Shown here piece by piece: positions 37,801 to 49,324 of a stretch of 64,000 nt of DNA. Position numbers and translations under genes: made by a program. The stretch is from the NCBI GenBank assembly GCA_964016885.1, contig OZ024757.1, positions 1,302,001 to 1,366,000 on the forward strand, written 5' to 3'. The stretch comes from Eledone cirrhosa (lineage: Eukaryota). Numbering within the stretch: the first letter of the stretch is position 1; every line of letters starts with the position of its first letter. Below the pieces are notes generated by a model. That model saw nothing but the letters and a program-made list of their open reading frames with translations. It had not been told where the DNA came from and did not search any database.

Positions 37801-38852
37801 CTTTTGTGTCCTTTTCCCCACGTATGTGAGGAAAAAGGTATACAGGTTGGATACAATTGGCGACACAGAGTAATTTTGGGCCGTCAATTGATCCTTCATG
37901 AGTACCGAAATACTCCCAAAGAGTTTGCCTCTTTGAATGAATGAAATATCATTCATTGAATTTTTGAAAACCAGTTTAATTTCTTTCTGTGACAATTGGA
38001 CGGTTTTCGGGTAGAATTGGAAACTGTCCTAAAAGCTATCGTTTTGGGGGCAGTTTCCTTGCGAATTTCTACCGGAGAATTGATGCTGAAAGCGCCATTC
38101 TTTTCAAAAGTAACATATCTCCTAGCGTCCTTTAGAAGTTGTTCGGCATTTGTTATGTCGAGATATGTTAGTTCCTCCTTTTTCTGAACTGTCTGTGCAA
38201 AGGAGATTTTTGGTTTCTTTGTGGAATTGTCCGTGTTGTCATTATTGTTGTTATTGTTGTTGTTCTTGTTGTTCTTGCTCTTGTTGTCACTGATGTTGAT
38301 ATTATTCGTATTTTCCTTGGTGTTGGTGTTGTTGTTGTCTTTGATGCTGGTATTATTGGTGTTGTCTTTATTTTTTTCTTTGTTGTTGTTGTCATTGTAG
38401 TTTTTATCATCATAATTGATGTTGGTGTTGTTATTTTTGTTGTCATTGTACTGTTTGGTGTCATTGTACTGTTTGTGTCATTATTATTTCTTTTGTTTGG
38501 ATTTAAATCCGTTTTTACAATTTTATTTCTTCTTTCCATCTCCATAGTATCTATGTAGAAGGAAAGGGAAGAAGACAACGTTGACTGCGACCTATGTAGT
38601 CTTAGCGACTCTCCACTACCATTATCGCCAAACGCAGCGTTCATAGCGTAACCAAACTTCTTAACGATATTTTTTCAAAATTCGATAGAGAAAAATTTTT
38701 CAGACGAATATTTCGCCCCTGGGACGGGCGAAAATGAGTTGGCCCACCGCCTGAAGGTCAAGTTACACAACAATATAAAATTTAACTGAAAGCTCACGGT
38801 TTTTCTTACATAAATTTACAGAAACTTCTCCGCGAAGTTACACGCGTCTGGT
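34866..38852 (-). mobile_element. Tx1/L1-like LINE copy 3 (5' UTR, ORF1 ~36703-38644, ORF2 5' half 34866-36662), 3'-deleted inside RT
   Basis: MANVRVGCVNVRGLG, SDHKLV, GYWKLN, KSPGLDGLPYEFY, then DQSKAFDRVDHRYLDAVLE followed by an abrupt switch to copy 2 ORF1. ORF1 knuckle CYHCFSRGHLRASC at ~37540-37585. Confidence 0.9.
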
Positions 38853-39797
38853 AGAGAGATAGATAGATAGATAGATTTCTTTATTTGCCACAAGGGCGCA
38901 CAAGAAAAGGGGACAATACAAAGACATGCCGGGGATTTTACATACAGTTGTGTAAAAAGGTATAAAACAAACAATTACAACAATCGAAATCCCCAATAGG
39001 GGGGAAGCGCCACAAATGGGTTGTTTAATATCCCGTAGATAGAACAACCCTCAACTCCAGGAGCGTGTTGTGCAAGTGCTCTTTCTTCCTTTTGCTCTCT
39101 TCTTTAATCTACAGGCTTATAAACAGAGAAGGCCCAATCAGTCGGGCCATTTTCGCTTCATTCACCCACCTTTCAGTAAATTTACTGGGTGCAGTGCCTC
39201 TCTCTCCACCTTGATTCTCCTTCTAAAGTGATACTTAAAGAAGGGAATCAATTGTTGTCCGGAGAGAAAGTCATCTGTCCTCAGTCCTCTCAATCTCGTC
39301 CACCATATAACTTCTTTCACCATAGCCACTGTACAGAAGAAAACCGCCTCTCTTTCGTTTTTGAAAGAGGCTGGCGGTTTGATCCTTACTATGAACTCGG
39401 CAGTCAACTGCATTTGTCCCATACGCGACAGCACTTGTTCCGCGTAGTTCCACAGGTCAGTTACGCCTGGGCAGTGTACAATTTCGTGCAGATCGGTTTC
39501 AATGTCCTGCGCGCATCTTGGACATGTCCTCTTGGAAGGATCCCTGCCGGGGCGTCCGTGCCTGTAGATCTTGTCACGAACCGGTAGAGCTCCTCGGTAG
39601 CACTGTCAGGCCAGGGACCTCTGGAAGTTGTCCATAGGTCCCGGGCGGAAAGTCCTACCAAACAGACTGGTGAGCTCATCGTCTTCGACGCCCAGAGTCT
39701 CTCCGAGCACGTCATCGCCCTTGTAACGTACTAACCCTCTATAGAATGTCGAAATGGAGTCTCCACTGATTGCTGTGCCCGCTTGACAGAGGACTGT
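38853..39797 (-). mobile_element. Tx1/L1-like LINE copy 4, a 5'-truncated 3' fragment closely similar to 29914-30835
   Basis: Colinear with the copy 2 3' UTR and ORF2 C-terminus. (GATA)n-a/g-atttctttat occurs on both sides. Confidence 0.9.
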
Positions 39798-39955
39798 GAG
39801 AGATAGATAGATAGATAAATTTCTTTATAGAATAGAAAGATAGATAGATAGACAGATAGATAGATTTTAGACGGAGCTGAGGATTCGAATAAGGTGAAAC
39901 ATTTGTTCTCAGTATGGTGAACTAACTGTTGTGGAACTACTTATATATATATACA

Positions 39956-40089
<134 letters not shown>

Positions 40090-40139
40090 ATAGAGAGAGA
40101 GATTATTGTAGTAATCGGTTTCCGTTAGTTGAATTTGTG

Positions 40140-40672
40140 TAACATGAAATGATATGATGCGACATTCAAATGCTGTCTGGACTGATGTTAGGCCTCTGCC
40201 TCCCTGCTTACGTTTCAAGTAAAGGCGGTCTATGTCACTGTTGATGTGGAAGTTTCCGGTGTTGTTCAGTATTTTTCGAGTTCCAACATCAACTGCTCGG
40301 ATTTCGTCTATCGTCCAATTGAGTATTCCAAACGTTGGTGTTAGGACAGGCACAGCAAACACATTGTGAGCCACTGTTTTGTTTTGCGCAGAGAGGTCCG
40401 ATGACCAGATCTTTCTTAATCGGGTGTAGTATTCACTGGTTACGCGTTCTTTATTACAGATGCCATTATAGGATATGTTCTCATCTATCCCCAGGTATCT
40501 GTAGCAGTCCACATCAGATATCAGTGAAACAGTTAGGCCATTGATGACAATGTTGCTAGATTGGGTTGTTGTTTTTGCCTGCTTTACAGTCATGTATGAG
40601 CATTTATCTTGGCCAAACTCCATTCCTATATCCTTTGAGAACGTTGTAACCAGGTCAAGATTTTTCTTCATC
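40140..40672 (-). pseudogene. Fragment of a non-LTR retrotransposon RT (R4/Dong-like), post-YxDD region
   Basis: FSKDIGMEFGQDKC, YRYLGI, NKTVAHNVFAVPVL, DIDRLYLKRKQGGRGL. Confidence 0.8.
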
Positions 40673-41324
40673 CCATGTATGTATGTACGCACGTATGTAT
40701 CTATGTATGTCGGGTCACTCTTGAGTGCTATTGGTAACATGTAACCCAGTACAACCTGTCGCATGGTCGGGTCGTCGCCGACTAAACCGGCAACCCCACC
40801 AAGTTTACTTGGTGAGGAGGGTGATTTTGGATACCCTGCAGGACAAAAAACAAAACCTGACAAAGGGCGGAAGATCTCATAAGTGTCAACGGCCATCCAA
40901 AAGTGTGTAAATATGTATATACACATGTACATATGTATGTATATGTATATGTGTATATACATGGGTGCATGTGTATGTACATGCGCGGGGACATAGAAAT
41001 AATCGGGCTGGACACCCGATCGCGCGGTTAAACCACTGGGAGTGAAGGACCCCTAGCCTTTGTCAGGGCATTCTTCTAGGTGAAGGCAACTCAGGAAACT
41101 CCGATATAAAACCTGCGGCTCAGTAGTTACCGATGATGTTGATCTTTTCTTCTTTTCGGGTTATAGCTACTGTCGCTCAGAGAGTGGGATTGGCTCAGTG
41201 CACAGTCTTTCCTCACTTTAAAAAAATATCTTCATGCACAGGCATTGCACGATAGAATTAATTAATAATTATTAATAATGGTATATCGTGCAATGGCCAT
41301 ACTCGATAACGAGGGGGCAGCCAT

Positions 41325-41445
41325 CATGTATGTACATATATAAGTATGTATGTATGTATGTATGTATGTATGTATGTATGTATGTATGTATGTATGTATG
41401 TATGTATGTATGTACATATATAAGTATGTATGTAATGTATGTATA
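41325..41445. repeat. (TATG)n microsatellite
   Basis: Seen directly. Confidence 0.95.
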
Positions 41446-41594
41446 GAGAAGGTGTAATTTATGTTATATAAAAGTAAATATCAACAACTATATTGAGAGA
41501 CAAAGATTTGTAAGAGTTCCTTAGCAAGTAACAACAACAATAACAACAACAATAACTATTGTTAACATTGTTAGTATAGATATCATCATTGTGT

Positions 41595-42680
41595 TTCTCC
41601 GAGGCTAAGTTAACAGAAGTGGCAACCAGGTACGACTAACCCAGGCTCTGCTGCACTTCGGGCTGAGGACGGTAAACTCTCCAAGTATCGGTCACTCTCC
41701 TACAGGTTTGCAATTGAGTGCCCTGCAGTGGAAATTCCTGGTGTCCTTTGCCCTAAGGCTACCTGCCTACTTACCATCATAGGCGCTGAGCTGGTTACCT
41801 GTAACAGTGGAGACTTCTGGTGTCATTGGCCCTAGGGCTACCTCCCTACTTACCACCATAGGTGCTGAGCTGGTTACCTGTAACAGTGGAGACTTCTGGT
41901 GTCCTTGGCCCTAGGGCTACCTCCCTACTTACCACCATAGGCATTGAGCTGGCTACCTGTAACAGTTGAGACTTCTGGTGTCCTTGGCCCTAGGGCTACC
42001 TCCCTACTTACCACCATAGGCGCCGAGATGGCTACCTGTGGCAGTTGAGACTTCTGGTATCCTTGGCCCTAAGGCTACCTCCCAACTTACCACCATAGGC
42101 GCTGAGCTGGCTACCTGTAACAGTGGAGACTTCTGGTGTCCTTGGCCCTAGGGCTACCTCCCAACTTACCACCATAGGCATTGAGCTGGCTACCTGTGGC
42201 AGTTGAGACTTCTGGTATCCTTGGCCCTAAGGCTACCTCCCAACTTACCACCATAGGCATTGAGCTGGCTACCTGTAGCAGTGGAGACTTCTGGTGTCCT
42301 TGACCCTAGGGCTACCTCCCTACTTACCACCATAGGCATTGAGCTGGCTACCTGTAGCAGTGGAGACTTCTGGTGTCATTGGCCCTAGGGCTACCTCCCT
42401 ACTTACCACCATAGGCGCTGAGCTGGCTACCTGTAACAGTTGAGACTTCTGGTGTCCTTGGCCCTAGGGCTACCTCCCTACTTACCAGCATAGGCACAGA
42501 CCTGGCTACCTGTAGCAGTTGAGACTTCTAACTACCTCCCTACTCACCACCATAGGCACTGAGCTGGCCAGCCGCAGGTGTGAGCCTCACGAGATGGAAT
42601 GGCTCTTCCAGCGCATCTCCCTTACCATCCTCCGGGGAAACGTCTTCTCCATTCTGTCCGCCGGGGCTATGGGGTGGCCA
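41595..42680 (+). pseudogene. 3' fragment of a CRE-like non-LTR element (restriction-like endonuclease C-terminus)
   Basis: PGSAALRAEDGKLSKYRSL....PAVE before the repeat, AVETSGVLGPRA within it, and ELASRRCEPHEMEWLFQRISLTILRGNVFSIL after it. Confidence 0.75.
41726..42570 (+). repeat. 79-bp minisatellite, ~10.5 copies
   Basis: cagt.gagacttctggtgtc.ttggccctagggctacctccctacttaccaccatagg...gagctgg.tacctgt starts at 41805, 41884, 41963 and onward. Confidence 0.95.
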
Positions 42681-44217
42681 ACACATTGGACCCCATTTGC
42701 TCAATATAGTGAAAGATGGGGAGGGTGAGAGAGGAGATGACAGTGGGAGTTTGGCTCCTCTGTGTTGGGATCTGGTGTACGTGTGTGATGGGGTGGGGGG
42801 GGGGGGGGGGGGGCGAGAGAGATGGAGACGATGACTGGGAGTTCGGCTCCTCTGTATTCGGGCTTGGTGTGTGTGTGTGTGTATGTTTGCTTCTTGGTGT
42901 TTATGACATTATATTTGTAGTGTGAATGTGAACCTTACCTTCTATCTGTGTCATTAAGGTGTATAGCAGTCACTGTTGACTTTGTAGCGGCCCCTTACGG
43001 CTGTAACTCCGCTCGTATAGGAGTTTCGTCCCTTTGCGACGGTCGCGACTCCCAGTGGCAGATCCATGTACTATATGGAGTTGCGTCCCCCTGGAGACTA
43101 CATATTTGAGGACAGTCAAGGCATCACTCTCACTTCCTACGCCGCAACAAGAAGAACACTTCAGACCTTGTCAAGAGATGACTCCTGTCTCTCTCTCACT
43201 TCCTGCGCCGGCAGCCTAAAGAAACACTTGAACCTTACCAAGAGAAGATTTCTGTTCTTCTCTACACACTCCGGTCTGGGAGTTGTGACCAGCTGACCAT
43301 CAACATGTGGTAAAAATTATTTCTATTAATTTATTTGACTTCTGTGAAGTAAAACCATGTCACAACACTCACCTGCATTTATTGTCGTTCTTAATAATAA
43401 TACACTGATACTAACATTCTTTTTTAATGGAGGGTGAATCAAACCCAGAACAGCAAGCGCCATATTGCCGTTTCACCATTGTTAGACAAACCACATTTAG
43501 ATAATAACAATGTCAAACCATCTGAAACAAATTTTTTTATTTTATTTTATTTAATTTAAATAATTCGTACACTCGCCTCTTAACTCGTACAATCTATTCA
43601 ATGTAAAATTGTTTTGTTACGGTAGAGAAGGAAAATATTTACTGATTTCGTAAAATAATAAAACTATTGAAAATGGCATGGCCTAGCTATCGTCTGCTAT
43701 AGATAATATTCTATATTCTATGCTTTGCTCTGTATGTAACTATGAAAAGATTATACATTATATAACTTAGTTTTAAAGAGATGATAAAAATGTTCTTTAG
43801 AAATGTCAACATTTTTAAATTTCGCTTCATTGCACAAACTTTTTACTAATTTCTCTTTTCACATGAATTCAACGTGAGATAATGGCTATGTGTATAGGCA
43901 TATGTATATTTTTGTATCTGTGTATATATTGTTTTGACTGAGAATGGTTTGCTCTACCATACAAAGCTGTCAATTATAAAATATGTACATTAAATCCTGC
44001 TCTCAATATATACTAGCTGAAAAACCACCCTTGGGGTGGTTTTCTGCTAGCATGTGTAGTGCGTATATTGATATTATACGCAAGTATATATACACGTAAA
44101 TATGATACATCAAATAAAATCGTAATTGACAATATACACAGAAATTGAACGAAGACTGTGTTACACTGTCTTATGTAATCAGTAACGTAATCCATGATAC
44201 ATTAAAAAAAGACGATA

Positions 44218-45747
44218 TCTAATATATATCTAATATATATTTGTGAAATGGGCGGTGGTTGAAATTCAGATGTGCACGGTTAAATGGTAGTAGGCGTGGT
44301 CGGACGGACATGGAAATTTACACACCTATGTAAAAAGTGCCAAGGAAGCAAACAGACGAGGTTTCAAATCTCTAACTTGAAAAATGTGGTCCCTGGGGCC
44401 CCAAAACTATCGCGTTCGGTGAGTTATTTCCCCCTGTTCTAATACTAACTCAATTTATTTCGCTGCGTTCTTTCGCAGCTTTCTTTCGTTGTTAACATGT
44501 AGTACCATTTTACGAAATGCCAATCCGAAAACGGTCACTGTTTTCCATCAAAAGATATAAAACCCTTAAAATGCGAAGAAGGGAGTCATGTTCTCAAGTA
44601 CGTTTTTCAGATATCTTTTTCATTTTATTTCTAATACATGTTAACCACCACTAACAGTAAGTAGTATTTTTCAAATCATTGTCTTATTTAAAATAACATA
44701 TCAAAGACAACGTTATTTCGCTGTCAATAATCTTTTGGCTACTACAAGCTTCCATGGTTACGGAGAAAATCGATGAAACAGGAATTTCCCATTCAAATTG
44801 AACTGAGAGTAATCTGTGAACGCAGAAGTAAATATTTCGAGAAACGTTGCAGCCGAACGAAAACAGGAAGACGATATTTTGGTTCGTGAAGACGTTCCCT
44901 GGAAATGAACGGGGAAAAACGAAGATAATACGTCGTTATGTGGAGCGTGAAGAACAATTTCATGCAAAGACAAGACCAAGTTTATGGTATAAATGGAGTC
45001 GTTAGACTAATATTCTATTTAAAATAACAGAATGATTTCCAGCCCCGGAGTTTAAGAATGATGTAAATAAAATTGAAAACGAAAATGACAGAGGTTATTA
45101 AAATAGTAAAAGTAAATAGTGAAGATTTAGGCCAGTACATACGTATGCCCCGACGGACATACACATACATACGCACACACAAATACATACCCCCCCCCCC
45201 ACACACACATACATACGCACACACAAATACATACCCCCCCCCACACACACACACACATACATACGCACACACAAATACATACACACCTACACACACGAAC
45301 GCACGCGCGTATGTATAAATCTTATGCATTTCTACAGTATTTTCACCAAACTTAAGACATTGGTTACTTATGTACTCCGGATGGTCATGGGCACTTTCAT
45401 TTTTCCAGATATTGATTATAGGGCCCCCCGGCAGATAACCCCTTTAACCACTTTAACCACTTCCTTGGAGTCGAATGAAGCACTGCAGTGCAATGTAACA
45501 AAACTTCTGGAGTTCGCAACCGATTTTCACAAAACTTGACACATGGGCTACGTTTGTCCTACAGATGAATGTTAACTCTCAGAATTGGCACATATTGGGT
45601 AGGGGACCCCTGGGTTCAGGAACCCCCTTTTGGAAAAAGCCGATGATTTTGTAAAAGTATAGTTTTCGAAGCAGCACTGAAGTATTGACATAAATGTTAT
45701 ACACAACTGCTATTTAATATCCGAGCAACGCCGGGTACCTCTGCTAG
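44218..45747 (+). mobile_element. Non-autonomous Helitron (5' end approximate)
   Basis: 3' end ccgagcaacgccggg-tacctctg-CTAG followed by T. Candidate 5' end a|tctaatatata. Confidence 0.65.
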
Positions 45748-46475
45748 TTATATATAAACTGCATTAGGAGAAAATTAGTGACGGAAATATATGAATGTTT
45801 ATTTAAGTGATCGCTAACCGGAAGTGTTGACATTCGAAAAATTTAAAGACGTGAATTTTAAAATAAGCAACAAAATTATTTATATTTAATCAAGAATAAC
45901 GAAATTTAGTAGATCAATTATGTAATATTCATTCATTATTTATTCAAAGTAATCCAACTTATTTTATTAACGGGATAAAAAAATATATTCTGGACGCAGT
46001 CCTGCACTTCTTACTTTATTATAGCTTAGATTTGTATGTTTGTGTCTGTATGTGTATATCTGTGTGTGTGTGAATATATGTATGTTTATATGTCTGTGTA
46101 TGTTTATATATGTGTGTGTATGTCTATGTCAGTATGTGTAAATATACATATGTCTCTGTGTGTAAATATATATGTCTGTGTATGTCTATATACGTGTGTG
46201 TATGTCTGTGTATATGTATGTATATATATATGTGTATGTCTGTGTCTGTCTATATACGTGTGTGTATGTATGCCAGTGTGTATCTATATATGTGTGTATG
46301 TTTGTGTATGTCTATATATGTGTGTGTATGTATGCGTATGCCAGTATGTGTTTATATTTCTGTGTCTATGTCTGTGTATGTCTATGTATGTCTATATGTG
46401 TTTGTATGTCTGTGTATGGCAGTGTATGTATATATATGTGTATGTGTATATATACGCCTGTGTATATATGTGTAT

Positions 46476-49047
46476 TAGAGTGTACCATAAAAAGCAAGGT
46501 CACAATACTGACGCTCCCTGTGTATTTTCCCATTATAAATGCCCCAATTGGTAAAATAAAACATATTTTGTATAAAATAAATTATTTGAGCCTTCCTATA
46601 TCATGGTGATTATAGTGGAAATTGTGTTGTGATTATGTTGCATGAAATCATGAAAATATGAAACCAAATATGACCATACAATAATTGTTTATTTTATTAA
46701 TCCATTATATTTAGTAAACCAGCTTTGAACATAAAGGCGTACAAGGAAGAAACAAGTTCAGTTAAGTTAACTCTAGTCATATTTTTTTCAGAGTTTCTTT
46801 TTTGAAATCCGGGACCTTATGACGATGAGCTTCGACTACTTGAAGAACACACTGCTTCTCCTCCTCATTCTTGGTGATGGCAACAAAATCAGTTATCAAC
46901 TTGATTGCTCTCTCCGCCAGATCATTGACTACCTTGATATTGGGAACTACAGCAAAGGCATTTTGATATGACGCTTGTGATGACCAAGTTGCAGGTGACA
47001 GCTCAAGGCAATTATCGTTGAGACCAAGGAGATCGAACAGAAGCCTTGATTTCTTGCCAATTAGATGAGGCAGCTTCGTGGACGACTTCAACTCGGGAAA
47101 TACTGGAGCACCACGGTCGAGAGGCCCAGACGTTTTCGTTTTGACAAGACGTTGGGCTATTTGTTTCTTCTCGGACTCTTGGACCCGATTTGAAAACAGC
47201 GCTAGCGGAATGGCTTCCTCCGTCAGGTACGAAAGATGCCTTCTCAGAGCAGTAGTGGCTGCCTGCGAGAGATCTCTGTCAACCATACTGTACTATGTCA
47301 ACTCCACGTAGAAATGAAGGTCATTGGATGGTGCTTTAGCACACTTGACTGCTGTCAGCCAGTATCGCACGTAGAACAGAGCATTGAACATACACATCCG
47401 GCACAACTTTTCCATTTTAGCTTGATCATAATTGAGTCGCTCACCAAATGCATACATCTTTGCACTATAGATGATTGTGGACATCCACCGAGCGTTATGA
47501 TGTGCACCAGGCAGCATCCAATGAATTCTATGAGGAGGGGTGACACCAAGCAAGATCAACATCAACTCAGCACATTCTCAGTAGTCGTCCCGTGGAAGAG
47601 AACTCATTTTCCCATCGTTGGATGTCAGCAAATCTTGGAGGAACTTGATGTTCTCAGAACACGGACGCTTGAGTCTCCGGTCGACAATGTTCAATGTTTT
47701 AAAATTGGTTTTGTCCGTGAGTGACACCCAATCTTTTTTGAACTCCTTGAACTCTGGGGTGTCTGGACTGGACATTGCTCCGAATAGTTGTTGCCACACT
47801 GCACACAAGATACGCTCCATGAAATGGTGCCGACAAGCAAAATATAACACATTTTTTGTTGAGCATCTCTTCTAGTTTCACGCAAGCACCCTTTTTCCAT
47901 CCAGAACTCGAAGCAGTTGTGTCGAAGACCAAGCCCACCACAGACCCATCAACATTCCAATCTTTAACAAGATCAAATGATGCTTTGCTTGGGTGGTTCC
48001 AGTGCCATCAGGAATTATGGGAACACCGAGGAGTTTACCTTCTCTGAAGTCCGGAGTTCCAGCAACTAGCACACCTAGCCTCTCGTGGTCACCAGGAATT
48101 ATTTTGCCATCCCAATGCAAGGTAACAAAGTCTGGTACAGCAAATTGTTCCTTTATGTTTTCAGCCCCCACAGTTCTGATCTTCTTAGCTGCACGTCTGC
48201 TACTATTCTTGGAGAGAGTTATGGCGTCTATGTCAGTCCCACCATCACTCAGTTCATTACGTGGAAGTTGTGCTGCTACAGATCCTGACAAACGCTTTCT
48301 ATGGTTCTCTGACTCTCGAAGAGCCACAGAAACCTGATCACGCTTAAACTTTGAAGATACCTTTTTCTGGTAACCCTTGTCTTCAGCACCCAGAGATACT
48401 TTTTCGGGGCAACGCAGGGCTTCGAGAAATGTAGCATCTTCCATTTCCTGTTCATTATTACGAAGACAGTCTTTCAAAATTTTCTTTTCAGCATCAGTAT
48501 GTGCAATGTAGAAATACGAATCCAATTCAGAAATAAATAGTGCTTCCTTTTCTTTGTTTTACTTAGAACCTTTGTTTTTTTGTAAATTTCTGTATTTACT
48601 GTACATGTTCATAATTTTCAGTTTCACTTTGTCTTTTCGTTGAGTCGCCACACCAGCTTTTTCCCACTGACTAACTACTTCCATCACAAGCCTATCCGCA
48701 ATAGCACCATTGAAGCTCACATGCTTTTCGTGTTTCATAGTACATCTTTCAGGTAGAAGAAATATCTTAGAACATCCCCCTTTGTTGGTATTTTGTTTAG
48801 TGAAAAGGATGTAACATATTGCCCCAGGAGCCATATTTCTCGATCATCACAACGGAGGGAGTAGCTACAACTAGGCCCACTGGTTTCCGCCATTATTCTG
48901 CCAATTTGCAACTATTAGGCAAGGCTTAAATTGGTCTGAAATAATCAAAATTACATTATAAATTGATAATATTGCACATGACAAAATGCACAGGAGTTAA
49001 GAAAAAAAAACCCTTTTGTGTAAAATGTGGTATTCTGGAACACCCTA
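46476..49047 (-). mobile_element. hAT-related (hATm-type) DNA transposon with both termini and an 8-bp TSD
   Basis: Left end tagagtgtacca, right end tggaacacccta (reverse complement tagggtgttcca). TSD atgtgtat at 46468-46475 and 49048-49055. Confidence 0.88.
46777..48834 (-). pseudogene. hATm-type DDE transposase, broken by stops and frameshifts
   Basis: LHWDGK, VFDTTASSSG.KKGAC, ACRHH, PGAHHNARWM, RHLSYLTEE, VVNDLAERAIKLI. Confidence 0.85.
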
Positions 49048-49324
49048 ATGTGTATGTATGTGTATATATATGTATATATACGCCTGTGTATGTATGTGTA
49101 TGTGTGTGTATATATATGTATATATATACGCCTGTGTATGTATGTGTATGTGTGTGTTTATATATATGTATATATACGCTTGTGTATATATATGTATATA
49201 TACGGCTGTGTATGTCGGTGTATATATAGGTATATATACGCCTGTGTGTGTATGTGTATGCCGGTGTATATGTCTGCCTGGGTGTTTCTCTGTGTTATTC
49301 TATAATAAGCTAACATGACAGATG

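Noticed and set aside
42983-43420. Possible solo LTR starting TGTAGCGG
   Set aside because: I could not find a matching 3' terminus with a TSD or similarity to the other LTRs.
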